Shown here one piece after another: positions 1 to 10,406 of a stretch of 64,000 bases of DNA. Made by a program: the position numbers and the translations under genes. Where the stretch lies: the NCBI GenBank assembly GCA_963662545.2, contig CAXXLL010000002.1, positions 2,016,001 to 2,080,000 on the forward strand, given 5' to 3'. This DNA is from Gammaproteobacteria bacterium. Lineage in GTDB: Bacteria > Pseudomonadota > Gammaproteobacteria > Ga0077536. The number at the start of each line of letters is the position of its first letter. The stretch's first letter is position 1. The notes below the pieces were generated by a model that saw only the letters and a program-made list of their open reading frames with translations, had not been told where the DNA came from and did no database searches.

Positions 1-321
1 GGTTTCATTCGCACGGTAGAACACGCATCGTCCCATCGGCGCGATCTCGATCCACTGATCGCGGTAACCGCGGCCCAGTCCTTCGATGCGATCGAGTATC
101 AATTTGTCCGGTGGTCTTATGATGTAGACGGCACCAAAAGCCGTTGCAGACACCTGCTCGGCCAGATTGCATTTCCCCGAACCGTCGCCCCCGAGCTTGT
201 TGAATTCCAGTGCCCAGCCAGACAGTTCGACCATCCCGATCGTCTCGACGATCGGGATGCGTGCCAGCAATCGCGGCGGATACAGGTTCGATCCGTAGGC
301 GATGTAATTCACAGTATCCAT
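1..321 (-). CDS. Gamma-glutamylcyclotransferase (GGCT/AIG2-like) family protein, runs off window edge
   Basis: Manual translation from ATG at 321: MDTVNYIAYGSNL...GSGKCN...GAVY...LDRIEG; YGSNL and LDxxEG are GGCT motifs. Not in ORF track because it is truncated. Confidence 0.8.
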   Translation of the reverse strand, partial: MDTVNYIAYGSNLYPPRLLARIPIVETIGMVELSGWALEFNKLGGDGSGKCNLAEQVSATAFGAVYIIRPPDKLILDRIEGLGRGYRDQWIEIAPMGRCVFYRANET

Positions 322-424
322 AATGGCGGTAGGTCTTTGCTTTGTGTCGCGGCGGGCGGGCTTCCTCTTAGGTGTAAACTAAGCGCGACGCCGGCACAAG
401 CATGCCGGGGAGGGATTACGGCCA

Positions 425-1567
425 GTGACGGACACAGAATTTCTGACGCATGCGGACGACATTAAAGAGTGGCGCCACGGGCACGTGCCGGTCTTCAATG
501 ACAATAAGCTCAAGCTCGGCATCTTCGGTCAGAACTGCAGCAATGGCTGCACCATTACCCACGCGCAGACGAGTTTCGAGCCCACCTACGAACACAGCGT
601 CAAGATCAGCCAACTAGCCGACGAACTCGGCCTCGAACTGCTGGTTCCCGTCGGCCGCTGGAAACATTTCGGCGGCACGACGCGGTTCAACGAAAACAAT
701 CTCGAAGTGTTCACCTGGGCCACGGCGATGGCCTGCAACACGCAAAACATCATGGTGTTCGCGACCTCACACGTACCCACTGTTCATCCCCTTTTCGCGG
801 CCAAACAATGCGCGACCATCGACAATATTTCGGCCGGCCGATTCGGCCTCAATATCGTCTGCGGCTGGTTTCGCCCCGAGATCGAGATGTTCGGCATCGA
901 GCAGCTCGATCACGATGAGCGCTACCGCATGGCCGATGACTGGTTGACCTGCATTAAGCGTGCGTGGTCGGAGCAGGACTTCGATCACACCGGCGAATAC
1001 TTCCGGATCAAGGGTGGATTCCTATTGCCGAAACCGATTCAGCAGCCCTGGCCCGTCCTGGTCAACGCCGGCAGCTCTGAGGCGGGACGCGAATTCTCTG
1101 CCCGGCACGTCGACTTCAACTTAATCACCATCACGACCGAAGAAGAGGCCCGCTTCAATATCAAAGACGTTAAGGCGCGCGCAGCCCGCCATCAGCGCGA
1201 ATGCGGCGTCATGACCTATGGCATCGTGTGCTGCCGCGACACCGAGAAAGAGGCACAGGAACTCTACGATCACATTGTTAGAGAAGGCGACTGGGAGGCG
1301 GCGAACAACATCATGGACCTGCTCGGCATCGAGAGCAGTTCCTTTGGCGACAAGGACACGGTGCGCCGCCTGGGCGAGCGCTTCATCGCGGGCTGGGGCG
1401 GCTACCCGCTGGTGGGAACGCCGGAACAAGTCGTCGAGAAAATGCAGTCGATACATAATATGGGGATCGAAGGCCTCATTCTTTCGTGGCTGGACTACCA
1501 CGAAGAACTCCAGTATTTCGGCGAACGCGTCATGCCGCTGTTGCGGGAGGCGGGGCTTCGTCAATGA
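425..1567 (+). CDS. LLM-class flavin-dependent monooxygenase (SfnG/RutA-like group)
   Basis: KLKLGIF..NCS, VPVGRWK, TIDNISAGRFGLNIVCGW, PVLVNAGSS, LVGTPEQV; GGGAGG RBS upstream of GTG. Confidence 0.9.
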   Translation: MTDTEFLTHADDIKEWRHGHVPVFNDNKLKLGIFGQNCSNGCTITHAQTSFEPTYEHSVKISQLADELGLELLVPVGRWKHFGGTTRFNENNLEVFTWATAMACNTQNIMVFATSHVPTVHPLFAAKQCATIDNISAGRFGLNIVCGWFRPEIEMFGIEQLDHDERYRMADDWLTCIKRAWSEQDFDHTGEYFRIKGGFLLPKPIQQPWPVLVNAGSSEAGREFSARHVDFNLITITTEEEARFNIKDVKARAARHQRECGVMTYGIVCCRDTEKEAQELYDHIVREGDWEAANNIMDLLGIESSSFGDKDTVRRLGERFIAGWGGYPLVGTPEQVVEKMQSIHNMGIEGLILSWLDYHEELQYFGERVMPLLREAGLRQ

Positions 1568-1626
1568 TCGCCGCGACACTGCTGCGCATTTTCCATCGGC
1601 CCTAATGAATCAACCGAGGTAATAGC

Positions 1627-2793
1627 ATGGCAGCCACGGCAGAACAATTCACCGACGATGACGAAATTCAGATCCTGGATTCAATCGGCAACTGGCTCGA
1701 CAAGGAAGTTCGACCCGTGGTCAAACACTTCGACCACGAGGATGAATACCCTGCCGATCTGGTGGCGCAGATGAAGGACCTGGGACTGTTCAGCCTCATG
1801 TACCCGGTCGAGCACGGCGGTCTCGGGATGCATGCGTCCGCCTACGCCAAGCTCATTACTTTGCTTTGCGAAACGTGGATGAGCCTGGCCGGCGTCATTA
1901 ATACCCACATGATGCTGGGACATTTAATCGTACGCTTCGGCACGGAGGCGCAGAAAGCCCAATTCCTGCCGAAACTGGCGGTCGCCGAACTTCACGGCGT
2001 GCTATGCCTGACCGAACCCGATGCAGGCACGGATCTGCAGGGGATCAAAACCCAGGCAAAACGCAAGGGTGACGAATACGTCATCAATGGTTCCAAGATG
2101 TGGATCACGAACGGTATGTACGGTTCGCTCTATGCCATTCTGACCAAGACCGATCCCACCACCAAGCCCGCGCACAAAGGCATGACGATGTTCCTGGCGG
2201 AGCGGGGTCCGGGCTTTAATGTCGACGGTAAGCTCAAAAAACTCGGGTACCGGGGCCTGGAGAGTGTCGCCTTGAGTTTCGACGACTATCACATCGCCGC
2301 GGACCGCATCCTCGGCGGCGAGGAAGGGCACGGTTTTCATCACGCCGTCGGCGGGCTTGAACTCGGACGCATCAATGTCGCCGCGCGCGGCGTCGGCGTC
2401 GCGCGCGCAGCGCTGAACGACGCCGTGCGATATGCGCAGGAGCGCCGGACTTTCGGCAAGCCGATCTGTGAACATCAGTCGATACAGATCAAGCTGGCCG
2501 ACATGGCGACGCGCGTCGAGGCAGCGCGCCTGCTGGTCGAACAGGCGGCTGCAAAATTCGACCGCGGTGAACGTTGCGACATGGAGGCGGGCATGGCCAA
2601 GCTCTTCGCCTCCGAAGCGGCGCTCGAGAACGCGACTGAAGCCATGCGCGTGCACGGCGGTTACGGCTACTCCGAGGAATTCGACGTCGAGCGCTATTAC
2701 CGCGATGCGCCGCTGTTGTGTATCGGCGAAGGAACCAACGAGATCCAGCGCGTATTGATCTCGCGGCAGTTGATCAAGCGCAATCCCATTTGA
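1627..2793 (+). CDS. Acyl-CoA dehydrogenase
   Basis: LTEPDAGTD, GSKMWITNG, RRTFGKPI, HGGYGYS.E..VERYYRDA, IGEGTNEIQ. Confidence 0.95.
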   Translation: MAATAEQFTDDDEIQILDSIGNWLDKEVRPVVKHFDHEDEYPADLVAQMKDLGLFSLMYPVEHGGLGMHASAYAKLITLLCETWMSLAGVINTHMMLGHLIVRFGTEAQKAQFLPKLAVAELHGVLCLTEPDAGTDLQGIKTQAKRKGDEYVINGSKMWITNGMYGSLYAILTKTDPTTKPAHKGMTMFLAERGPGFNVDGKLKKLGYRGLESVALSFDDYHIAADRILGGEEGHGFHHAVGGLELGRINVAARGVGVARAALNDAVRYAQERRTFGKPICEHQSIQIKLADMATRVEAARLLVEQAAAKFDRGERCDMEAGMAKLFASEAALENATEAMRVHGGYGYSEEFDVERYYRDAPLLCIGEGTNEIQRVLISRQLIKRNPI

Positions 2794-2834
2794 AGCGGGC
2801 TTACCCGACCGATTCTCAGGCGAATTAACAGACC

Positions 2835-3620
2835 ATGAGTCACTTACCCACGCTGTTCCTGTCCCACGGCGCGCCCAACGCCGTGTTGCACGACGTACCC
2901 GCTCGCCGCTTCTTCGATGGCCTCGCTGCCAAACTGCCGACGCCCCAAGCGATCCTCGTGGCGTCAGCCCATTACGAAGCCTCACAGCCGTCAGTGACCG
3001 CCGTCGAACAGCCCCGCACGATTCATGATTTTTCCGGATTCGAACCCGAACTCTACACCATGCATTACGATGCGCCGGGTTCACCTGAACTGGCGTCGCG
3101 GGTCATTACCTTACTGCAGGAAAATTTTGAGGTGGAGCCGGTGAGCGACACCGATTGGGGATTGGACCACGGGGTGTGGAGTCCGCTGTCGCGTATCTAT
3201 CCGGCGGCCGACATTCCGGTCGTTGCGCTCAGCATCAATCGCCTCGGCGGTCCCGCCTGGCACGTCGACCTTGGACGCGCGCTCCGCGTGCTGCGCGAAG
3301 AAGGCGTCCTCGTCTGTGGCTCGGGTTCGATCACCCACAACCTGTCGCGCGTCAAGCCGCCGATTACGAACGACGACGCGCCGCAGTGGGCGCGGAAATT
3401 CGTGCAGTGGTTTGAAGCCCGCCTCGACGAGGGTGACGAAGCCGCGCTGCTCGAATACCGCGCGACCGCGCCCTCGGCACGCGACAATCATCCGACCGAA
3501 GAGCATCTGCTGCCGATGTTTGTCGCCCTCGGCGCCGCCAGCAAAGAATGGCAGGCAACAAAGCTGCACGGCAGCTTTACCTATGGCTCCTTGGCGATGG
3601 ACGCGTATTGTTTTTTCTGA
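2835..3620 (+). CDS. DODA/YgiD-type class III (LigB-like) extradiol ring-cleavage dioxygenase
   Basis: LFLSHGAP, SAHY, TIHDFSGF, GLDHG, GSGSITHNL, HPTEEHLLP. Confidence 0.92.
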   Translation: MSHLPTLFLSHGAPNAVLHDVPARRFFDGLAAKLPTPQAILVASAHYEASQPSVTAVEQPRTIHDFSGFEPELYTMHYDAPGSPELASRVITLLQENFEVEPVSDTDWGLDHGVWSPLSRIYPAADIPVVALSINRLGGPAWHVDLGRALRVLREEGVLVCGSGSITHNLSRVKPPITNDDAPQWARKFVQWFEARLDEGDEAALLEYRATAPSARDNHPTEEHLLPMFVALGAASKEWQATKLHGSFTYGSLAMDAYCFF

Positions 3621-3639
3621 CCACGAAATAATTCGTTCG

Positions 3640-3774
3640 GCCGCCGCCGAACGGTCCATATCGGGTGATGGTTTCGACGACTTCGCAGACCGTGCCATTA
3701 GAACCGCCGATGATGATAGCCTGGAAAACCGATGCCGGGATTACATGTATTCGAAACAGGCAACGGAAGCTCAA
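3640..3774 (-). pseudogene. 5' fragment of a YkvI-like membrane protein gene
   Basis: Translation FRIHVIPASVFQAIIIGGSNGTVCEVVETITRYGPFGG resembles the YkvI-family N-terminus as I recall it (PGxVFQSVxIGGGYGTGRExVEFFxxYGPxGG), then breaks off. Confidence 0.5.
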
Positions 3775-3855
3775 TTCGATCTCAACCGGGGACGCCAGCC
3801 CATTTTCGAACCGCGCTCTGGTAGCGTCCGCTATGTGTAAGATACGGCAACGCCG

Positions 3856-4959
3856 ATGATCAACTGCATCATCGGTACGCGCGCCCAGCTCATCAAGATG
3901 GCCCCGGTGCTGCTGGCCTTGGAGCGTGACAAGACACCATACCGCCTGATCTTCACCGGGCAGCACAAAACGACCATGCAAGAGCTACTCGACGAATTCG
4001 GGGTGCAAGCGGCGCCCGTCATACTCTACGACGGCGGTGAAATCACTGGCGTTGCGCAAATGGGGCGATGGTTCCTCCAGATGTTGTGGCGAGGCTTACG
4101 CGGGCGGGGCAGATTGCTCGGCTATTCGCCGCACGAACGCAATTGCGTGCTCATTCACGGTGACACGATTTCCACATTACTCGGGGCCTTGATGGGACGG
4201 TTTGCGCGCTGCGAAGTGGCCCATGTCGAAGCCGGACTCACCTCAGGACGCTTGCTCGAACCGTTTCCCGAGGAAGTCACCCGGCGCCTGGTATTCCGTC
4301 TGGCGGACGTGGCGTTTTGTCCGGGGCCATGGGCGATGAGCAATATGCGCAGGTTTCGCGCGCGTCCGGTCGACACCGGCGCTAATACGATCGTCGATGC
4401 GGTGCGGGAGGCCATGCAGCGCTTCGATGAAGCGGTGGTCGAGGTACCGGAAACCGCCTATGCCGTAGTATCGCTGCACCGATTTGAGAATATTTTCAGA
4501 GCGGAACGCTTCACGTTCATCATCGAAGCGCTGGAACGCATCGCAGAGAGAATCCGGATCGTCTTCGTCCTGCACCCCGCGACGGCCAAGCAAGCCGAAA
4601 AATTTCGGCTGCTGGAGCGTCTCAAGACCAATGCATCTATCAGTCTTTATCCGCGAATGACCTATCTATCGTTCTTGAAATTGCTTTCTCAGAGCACCTT
4701 CGTCATTACCGATGGCGGCAGTAATCAGGAGGAACTGTCCTACTTGCACATCCCGACGCTCCTAATGCGGGCCACAACGGAGCGCAAAGAGGGTTTAGAC
4801 GACAACGTGGTGATCAGCAGTTACGACAGTGGAGTCATCGAGCGCTTTGTCGATGACGCTATGGCCGGGTCGGAACGGGTGCCAGGCGAGCCAGGCGCCC
4901 AACGGCCTTCCGAGATCATTGCACGGGAACTTAAGCAGAACTATACAAAGGGCGGCTAG
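3856..4959 (+). CDS. UDP-N-acetylglucosamine 2-epimerase (WecB-like, variant motifs)
   Basis: IGTRAQLIKMAP, TGQH, HGDT, HVEAGL, PFPEE, LHRFEN, ITDGGSNQEE. Confidence 0.85.
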   Translation: MINCIIGTRAQLIKMAPVLLALERDKTPYRLIFTGQHKTTMQELLDEFGVQAAPVILYDGGEITGVAQMGRWFLQMLWRGLRGRGRLLGYSPHERNCVLIHGDTISTLLGALMGRFARCEVAHVEAGLTSGRLLEPFPEEVTRRLVFRLADVAFCPGPWAMSNMRRFRARPVDTGANTIVDAVREAMQRFDEAVVEVPETAYAVVSLHRFENIFRAERFTFIIEALERIAERIRIVFVLHPATAKQAEKFRLLERLKTNASISLYPRMTYLSFLKLLSQSTFVITDGGSNQEELSYLHIPTLLMRATTERKEGLDDNVVISSYDSGVIERFVDDAMAGSERVPGEPGAQRPSEIIARELKQNYTKGG

Positions 4960-4964
4960 CTCGA

Positions 4965-5765
4965 TTAATGGCCCACGAAATCAGGTGTGCGTTTATCGAA
5001 AAAGGCGTTTACGGCTTCCTTATGATCGTCGGTATTCTGCAGGATCACTTGCAGCGCCGCGGACATTTCCATGATCGACTCGAAACTCGCCATAGTGCCG
5101 TCGCGCATCAGTTTCTTGGTCATGCGCAAAGCCTGCGGCGGTTGCACGCAGATGCGCTTGGCGAGCGCCATCGCCGCATCCATGAGCTCGTCGTCCGCGA
5201 CCACCTCCGACACCAGTCCCCATTCGCAGGCTGTGCGGGCATCGATAACATCGCCGGTAAAGAACAGCTGCGCCGCGCGCGACCAGCCAATCTGACGCGG
5301 CAAGAGCCAGGCACCGCCATCGCCGGGCAGCAGGCCGAGCTTTAGGAAGGTGGCGCCGAATTTAGCCGATTCGGCGGCGATGCGAATGTCGCACAAGGAC
5401 GCGACGTCATTGCCGAGCCCGATAGCGGGGCCGTTGATGGCGCCGACGATGGGTACTTCGATATCCCATAACGCGCGGATGATGCGATGAATGCTCTCGC
5501 GGTAATGGTCCCTGAGCTCCAGCGCGTTGCCGCCGAAATCTCCGCTGCGCTCGCGCATGGCCTTGAGATCGCCGCCGGCGGAAAAGGCCTTGCCCGCGCC
5601 CGTCATGATGACGCAACGCAATTGCTTGTCTTCGTTGATCGCACGTGCCGCTGCCTGAAACAACTCGCCGTCGTCGCCACGCCCCAACGGATTGCGCTTT
5701 TCCGGTCGGTTGATCGTCAGACACGCAATGGTGCCGTCGATTTCCAGTAGCAGGTCGTCACTCAT
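4965..5765 (-). CDS. Enoyl-CoA hydratase/isomerase (crotonase)
   Basis: INRPEKRN, FSAGGDL, AINGPAIGLG, GLLPGDGG; start set at MSDDLL. Confidence 0.92.
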   Translation of the reverse strand: MSDDLLLEIDGTIACLTINRPEKRNPLGRGDDGELFQAAARAINEDKQLRCVIMTGAGKAFSAGGDLKAMRERSGDFGGNALELRDHYRESIHRIIRALWDIEVPIVGAINGPAIGLGNDVASLCDIRIAAESAKFGATFLKLGLLPGDGGAWLLPRQIGWSRAAQLFFTGDVIDARTACEWGLVSEVVADDELMDAAMALAKRICVQPPQALRMTKKLMRDGTMASFESIMEMSAALQVILQNTDDHKEAVNAFFDKRTPDFVGH

Positions 5766-5772
5766 CGTCGTA

Positions 5773-6828
5773 TTACCCCGTGATCGTTTGCCAGATACCG
5801 TCGCCGCCCGACTCGAAGGCGACCGTGCCCAGGTATTCACCCCATTCGCCGGCACCGCCGAATTCCGCGCGCCATGCCCATAGCTTGCGCGTCAGGAAAT
5901 GGAGCCCGTATTCGTAAGTAAAGCCAATCGCACCGTGTACCTGATGTGATAGACGCGTCAAGCGTTCGACGGCCTCGCTGGCGCGGCATTTAGCGGCGGC
6001 GATCTCGAAGCGAGCGTCGCGTTGCCCGTTCGAAATGCCACTTCGATCGAGGGCTTCGAAAGCCGCCGCCGCGATGGCGTCGACCGAAGCCATGGTGCCC
6101 GCGAGATCGGCCAGGTAGTGCTGAATGGCCTGGAACCGCGACAAGCTTCGCCCGAACTGTTCGCGCTCCGCCGCGTAGTTGACGGCGAGTTCGAGACAGG
6201 CGGCGCCGGCACCCGCGATCTGCGCGGCACGCAACATCGCACCGATCCAGTGGATGACGTCTGCCGGCAGGTCGAACGCGTAACGGGCTTCGATCTCGAG
6301 CGATCTACCGCTGACGGCGTCGCGAGGATCGAGACCGAGGTTGGCGGCTTGCTCGATCGAGGCGCCCGCGGCTGAAACAACGATGAGTTCCGCCGCGCCG
6401 TTAATGTCGGCAACGCCGATCAGGTAATCGGCGCGCCGCCCCCATGGGATCACTACACCGTCCAATGACAGACTGTTCTCGTGCACATCGCCGGCGTCTA
6501 GGACCTCGGGTATGAGGCCGGGTACGCCTGCCGGCAACATGCAATCCGCCTGGCGCGCAAGCCAGACCGCGGTAATGGTTTCCGGCACGGGCAAGGGTAG
6601 GGCGTAGTGTCCACAGGCGCGTACGATGGGATACGCGTCGGCCCAGACCCCGTCCGCGCCACCGGCGGCTTCGGCGGCGAGTACCTGGCAGATACCGAGT
6701 TCGTCGACTTGGCTCCACAGGTCATCCGGCCAGCCCGTCTCTTCGATTCGGGTCAGGACATCTCGATCGACCTGTTCAGAAAATAGACGCACGACGCTGT
6801 CTTCCAGGATCTGCCGCATGTCGTTCAT
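5773..6828 (-). CDS. Acyl-CoA dehydrogenase-like, short non-catalytic beta subunit type
   Basis: EREQFGR.L..FQAIQH, HQVHGAIGFTYE; degenerate N-terminal half; ATGA-coupled to upstream ACAD. Confidence 0.85.
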   Translation of the reverse strand: MNDMRQILEDSVVRLFSEQVDRDVLTRIEETGWPDDLWSQVDELGICQVLAAEAAGGADGVWADAYPIVRACGHYALPLPVPETITAVWLARQADCMLPAGVPGLIPEVLDAGDVHENSLSLDGVVIPWGRRADYLIGVADINGAAELIVVSAAGASIEQAANLGLDPRDAVSGRSLEIEARYAFDLPADVIHWIGAMLRAAQIAGAGAACLELAVNYAAEREQFGRSLSRFQAIQHYLADLAGTMASVDAIAAAAFEALDRSGISNGQRDARFEIAAAKCRASEAVERLTRLSHQVHGAIGFTYEYGLHFLTRKLWAWRAEFGGAGEWGEYLGTVAFESGGDGIWQTITG

Positions 6829-7985
6829 CGCACGCCCAGGCCTTTCGCGATGATGCCGCGCATGATTTCCGGCGTCCCGCCCCGCAGCGAGAACGACGGC
6901 GCCAATTGAATCAAGTTGCCCAGCACCTGCTGGTAATCGACACCGTGGCCGGCCAGGGTCGGTTCGAGTTCGCACAATTCCTGGGCGAGCCCGGGCAAGC
7001 CCTGTTCGAACTGGCAGCCGAGGTCCTTGACGATAGACGCGGCAAGCGCGGGATCCTCTCCTTGGTCGAGTTTACCGGCGATACTGAGCGACATGTTACG
7101 CAGTGTCGCCACCCAGGCGATCTGCGAGCCGATACGGGCCATGGTTGCGGGTGAGGCGTCCTCCCCGATGACATCGATGAGGTGCGTCAGCAGCACGAAG
7201 CAGGACAGGTAGCGCTCGGGTCCGCTGCGTTCGAACGCGAGTTCCTCGGTGACCTGCTGCCAGCCCCTGCCTTCCTTGCCGATGAGCGCGTCTTCGGGCA
7301 GCACGGCGTTTTCGAAAGCGACCTCGTTGAAATGCAGCCGACCCGTCAGATCCTTGATCGGTCGCGGCGTAATGCCCTCAGTCTTCCGTAAATCGATCAA
7401 AAACTGCGACAGGCCCGCGTGCCGGCTCTCGCTCGCGCTGTCCGTCCGGAACAGGGCGATCATGTAATCGGCCCGGTGGGCGTACGTGGTCCAGATCTTG
7501 GTGCCGTTCACCACCCAGCCGTCGGCAGTGTGTTCGGCCTTCGTGCGCAGCGAAGCCAGATCGGAGCCGGCATTGGGCTCGCTCATGCCGATGCAGAAAC
7601 AGGCCCGGCCCGCGGTGATCTTGGGGATGATCTCGTGCTTCTGTGCGGCCGTCCCGTAGCGGACGATCAGCGGTCCGCTCTGCCGATCGGCGATCCAGTG
7701 AAAACCGGCGGGCGCGCCCGCGGCGAGGCATTCCTCGACGACCACGTAGCGTTCGAAGGCACTGCGGCCGTGCCCGCCGTACGCTGCGGGTAAGGTCATA
7801 CCGAGCCAGCCGCGCGCTCCGAGCTTGGCGCTGAACTCGGGATCGTAGGCATCCCAGCTATTGCTCAGGTGAACGGCGGGATAGGCGGCGGTTTCTTCAC
7901 GGAGAAACGCCCGTACCTCGGCGCGGAGCGCATCCAATGAGGGCGGCAGCTCGCAGGGATGGAACCTGAGTTTTTCAGACAACAT
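6825..7985 (-). CDS. Acyl-CoA dehydrogenase (alpha subunit type)
   Basis: GMSEPNAGSDLASL, NGTKIWTT, FNEV.F, LAFERSG, SLRGGTPEIMR; start set at MLSEKL. Confidence 0.92.
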   Translation of the reverse strand: MLSEKLRFHPCELPPSLDALRAEVRAFLREETAAYPAVHLSNSWDAYDPEFSAKLGARGWLGMTLPAAYGGHGRSAFERYVVVEECLAAGAPAGFHWIADRQSGPLIVRYGTAAQKHEIIPKITAGRACFCIGMSEPNAGSDLASLRTKAEHTADGWVVNGTKIWTTYAHRADYMIALFRTDSASESRHAGLSQFLIDLRKTEGITPRPIKDLTGRLHFNEVAFENAVLPEDALIGKEGRGWQQVTEELAFERSGPERYLSCFVLLTHLIDVIGEDASPATMARIGSQIAWVATLRNMSLSIAGKLDQGEDPALAASIVKDLGCQFEQGLPGLAQELCELEPTLAGHGVDYQQVLGNLIQLAPSFSLRGGTPEIMRGIIAKGLGVR

Positions 7986-8092
7986 CGGCGGTTTGAATCG
8001 GTTCGAATAAAGAGCTTGATGAAACACGCGATCGGAAGCCCGCACCGACAATATTCATCCCCGCGATTGCTACGCGTTCGTTTTTCATTACG

Positions 8093-9157
8093 TCAGACAC
8101 GCGACGCGAATTCCCACGCCCGCTCCGCGAACTGTTCGACGATATCGGTCGTGCTTGGTGCTTCCGTACTGGCCGCAGTGCCGTCCTGGACACGCTTGAT
8201 GATCCCCTGGTAGATCGCCGCCAGCCGCCACACGGTGTAAGCGCGGTAGAAATCGAGACTGGGAATTTCCGCGATACCGCTGAGTTCGCAATAGCGCGCG
8301 AGATATTCCTCCGCAGTCGGGATTCCCAGGGCCTTGAGATCGAGTCCTTCCAGAGAGCTTACACGCTCATCGATGGCCGGAATGATCCATGGCGCCATGT
8401 GGTAGGTGAAATCACCCAGCGGGTGGCCGAGCGTGCTCAGTTCCCAGTCGAGCACCGCAATCACGCGCGCCTCGGTCGGATGGAGGATCAGGTTGTCCAT
8501 GCGGAAGTCCCCATGAATCACGCAGACTTCCTGAGATTCCGGAATGTTCTTGGGCAGCCAGTCGTTGAGCCGGTCCATCAGTGGGATCTTGGACGTTTCC
8601 GATGCCACGTAGATCTTGGACCAGCGGTGGATCTGGCGCGCCATGTAGTCAGTGGTCTTGCCGAAACCCTCGAGACCGATCGCGGCATAGTCGATGCGCT
8701 GAAGTTCGACTAGGGATTTTAAAATGGCGTCGTAGATGGCCGAACGCTCTACGGGGCTATGTTCCGGCAGCGATAGATCCCAGAGAATGCGCCCCTCGAC
8801 CATCTCCATCACGTAGAACATCGTACCGACGATGCTCTCATCGTCACTGAGCGCGTAGGTTCGTGGTACGGGAAAGCCCGTGGGATGCAGCTGATGCATC
8901 ACGCGATATTCGCGATCGACCGCATGGGCCGAAGGCAGCAGCGTCCCCGGCGGTTTACGCCGCAGCACATATTTGGCGCTTGGCGTCATCAGTTGATAAG
9001 TCGGGCACGACTGACCGCCCCGGAATTCCCGCACTTCTATCGGACCCGCAAAGCCGTCAACGTGGTCGACGAGATAGCGTTCGAGTCTTTCAGCATCGAA
9101 TCGCAGGTGCTCTTGCACGTCCTTGGTGCCGGTGAATTTTTCCTGTCGCGTACTCAT
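8093..9157 (-). CDS. Phosphotransferase family protein (APH/ACAD10-11 N-terminal-like)
   Basis: GGQSCPTY, LRRKPPG.LLPSAHAVDRE, IHGDFRMDN, LDWELSTLGHP. Confidence 0.92.
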   Translation of the reverse strand: MSTRQEKFTGTKDVQEHLRFDAERLERYLVDHVDGFAGPIEVREFRGGQSCPTYQLMTPSAKYVLRRKPPGTLLPSAHAVDREYRVMHQLHPTGFPVPRTYALSDDESIVGTMFYVMEMVEGRILWDLSLPEHSPVERSAIYDAILKSLVELQRIDYAAIGLEGFGKTTDYMARQIHRWSKIYVASETSKIPLMDRLNDWLPKNIPESQEVCVIHGDFRMDNLILHPTEARVIAVLDWELSTLGHPLGDFTYHMAPWIIPAIDERVSSLEGLDLKALGIPTAEEYLARYCELSGIAEIPSLDFYRAYTVWRLAAIYQGIIKRVQDGTAASTEAPSTTDIVEQFAERAWEFASRV

Positions 9158-10383
9158 CGGGTCTCCCGTTCTCCCTGCGCAACGATCGCGTCATCGTGCA
9201 GCCGGCCGATTGCGCCGCTGTCGAGTCCGAGCACCTCGGCCAAAATTTCGTCGGTGTGCTGCCCGACCCGCGGAGCGGGCCGTGGCGCTTGTCGTTCCAC
9301 ACGCGAAAAATACATTGGAGGACCGGGCACGGGGTAGGTTCCGATACCCGGCTGCTCGATACGCGAGAAGATCGGATTATCCTCAGAGCAATCGGGATCG
9401 GATGTCACCAGCTCGTGCACCGTCTGATATTTGTCCCAGCAGATCCCGCATTCATCGAAGGCCTGCGCGACGCGCTCGAACGGATGTTGCCGGATCCACG
9501 GTTCCAGCAGCGCACAGATCTCCACGCGCGCTTGAAACCGGTCGCCCTCGCCCCTGAAGTCGAGACCGAGCCGTGCTGCGAGGGCATCCATGTCGGCCGC
9601 TAGTCCCGTTGCCTCGAGCAGGCCGCGCCACTGCTTTGCCGTCACCGCGATCAGCATGATCCGCTGCTCGTCGGCGGTGACGAAATCACGTCCCAGGGCC
9701 CCGTAGAGGTAATTCCCATGGCGCGCACGCTCTTCGCCGTTGATCGAAACTTCACCGATATAGCCCAGGTGACCGATGGCGGCGAGCGCGACATCGGCCA
9801 GGGCGAGCTTGATCTGCTGCCCAACGCCCGTCAGACGGCGATGCCTCTCCGCGGCGAGCAGGTCGATGGCGGCGAGGTAAGCCGTCGCGATGTCCCAGGC
9901 GGGAAGCACGTGATTGACCGGCCGGTCGTCGTCGGCGGGGCCGGTGATGTAAGGAAACCCGACCTTGGCGTTGACCGTGTAATCCAGAGCGCTACCGCCG
10001 CGGCGGTCGCCGATGATCTCATGCTGGATCAAATCGGCACGCCGCCCGCGCAAACGTTCATAGGCAAGCCAACCACGGGCCGGCAGGTTGGTCGAGAAAA
10101 TGCCGCCTTCTTCCCCGTCTGCGCAGATCAACTCGGTGATGATCTCGCGGCCGGCCTCGGATTTGAGATCGACGGCGATCGAGCGCTTGCCTTTATTCAT
10201 TTCAGCCCAGTAAATGCTCGTGTTGTCCGCAGTCACCGGCCACCGGTGGTAGTCAATGCCACCGCCGATTTGATCGAAACGAATGACGTCGGCGCCAAGC
10301 TGCGCCAGGGTCATACCGCACATGGGCGCAGCAATGAATGCGGAACCCTCGACGATGCGTAATCCAGTCAGTATGGCTTGCAT
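9154..10383 (-). CDS. mct: Mesaconyl-CoA C1-C4 CoA transferase (2-methylfumaryl-CoA isomerase) homolog, CaiB/BaiF family
   Basis: LRIVEGSAFIAAP, GGGIDYHRWP, VNHVLPAWD (catalytic Asp), GNYLYGA.GRDF, DPDCS.DNP match Chloroflexus Mct as I recall it. Confidence 0.8.
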   Translation of the reverse strand: MQAILTGLRIVEGSAFIAAPMCGMTLAQLGADVIRFDQIGGGIDYHRWPVTADNTSIYWAEMNKGKRSIAVDLKSEAGREIITELICADGEEGGIFSTNLPARGWLAYERLRGRRADLIQHEIIGDRRGGSALDYTVNAKVGFPYITGPADDDRPVNHVLPAWDIATAYLAAIDLLAAERHRRLTGVGQQIKLALADVALAAIGHLGYIGEVSINGEERARHGNYLYGALGRDFVTADEQRIMLIAVTAKQWRGLLEATGLAADMDALAARLGLDFRGEGDRFQARVEICALLEPWIRQHPFERVAQAFDECGICWDKYQTVHELVTSDPDCSEDNPIFSRIEQPGIGTYPVPGPPMYFSRVERQAPRPAPRVGQHTDEILAEVLGLDSGAIGRLHDDAIVAQGERETR

Positions 10384-10406
10384 TAATAATGCCCTGACCG
10401 ATCGGC

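Noticed and set aside
2002-3084. Long antisense or overlapping ORFs (also 30160-31143, 52814-53812, 54174-55085, 57889-58980, 61240-62001)
   Set aside because: Shadow frames of well-supported genes in high-GC DNA, with no recognisable motifs.
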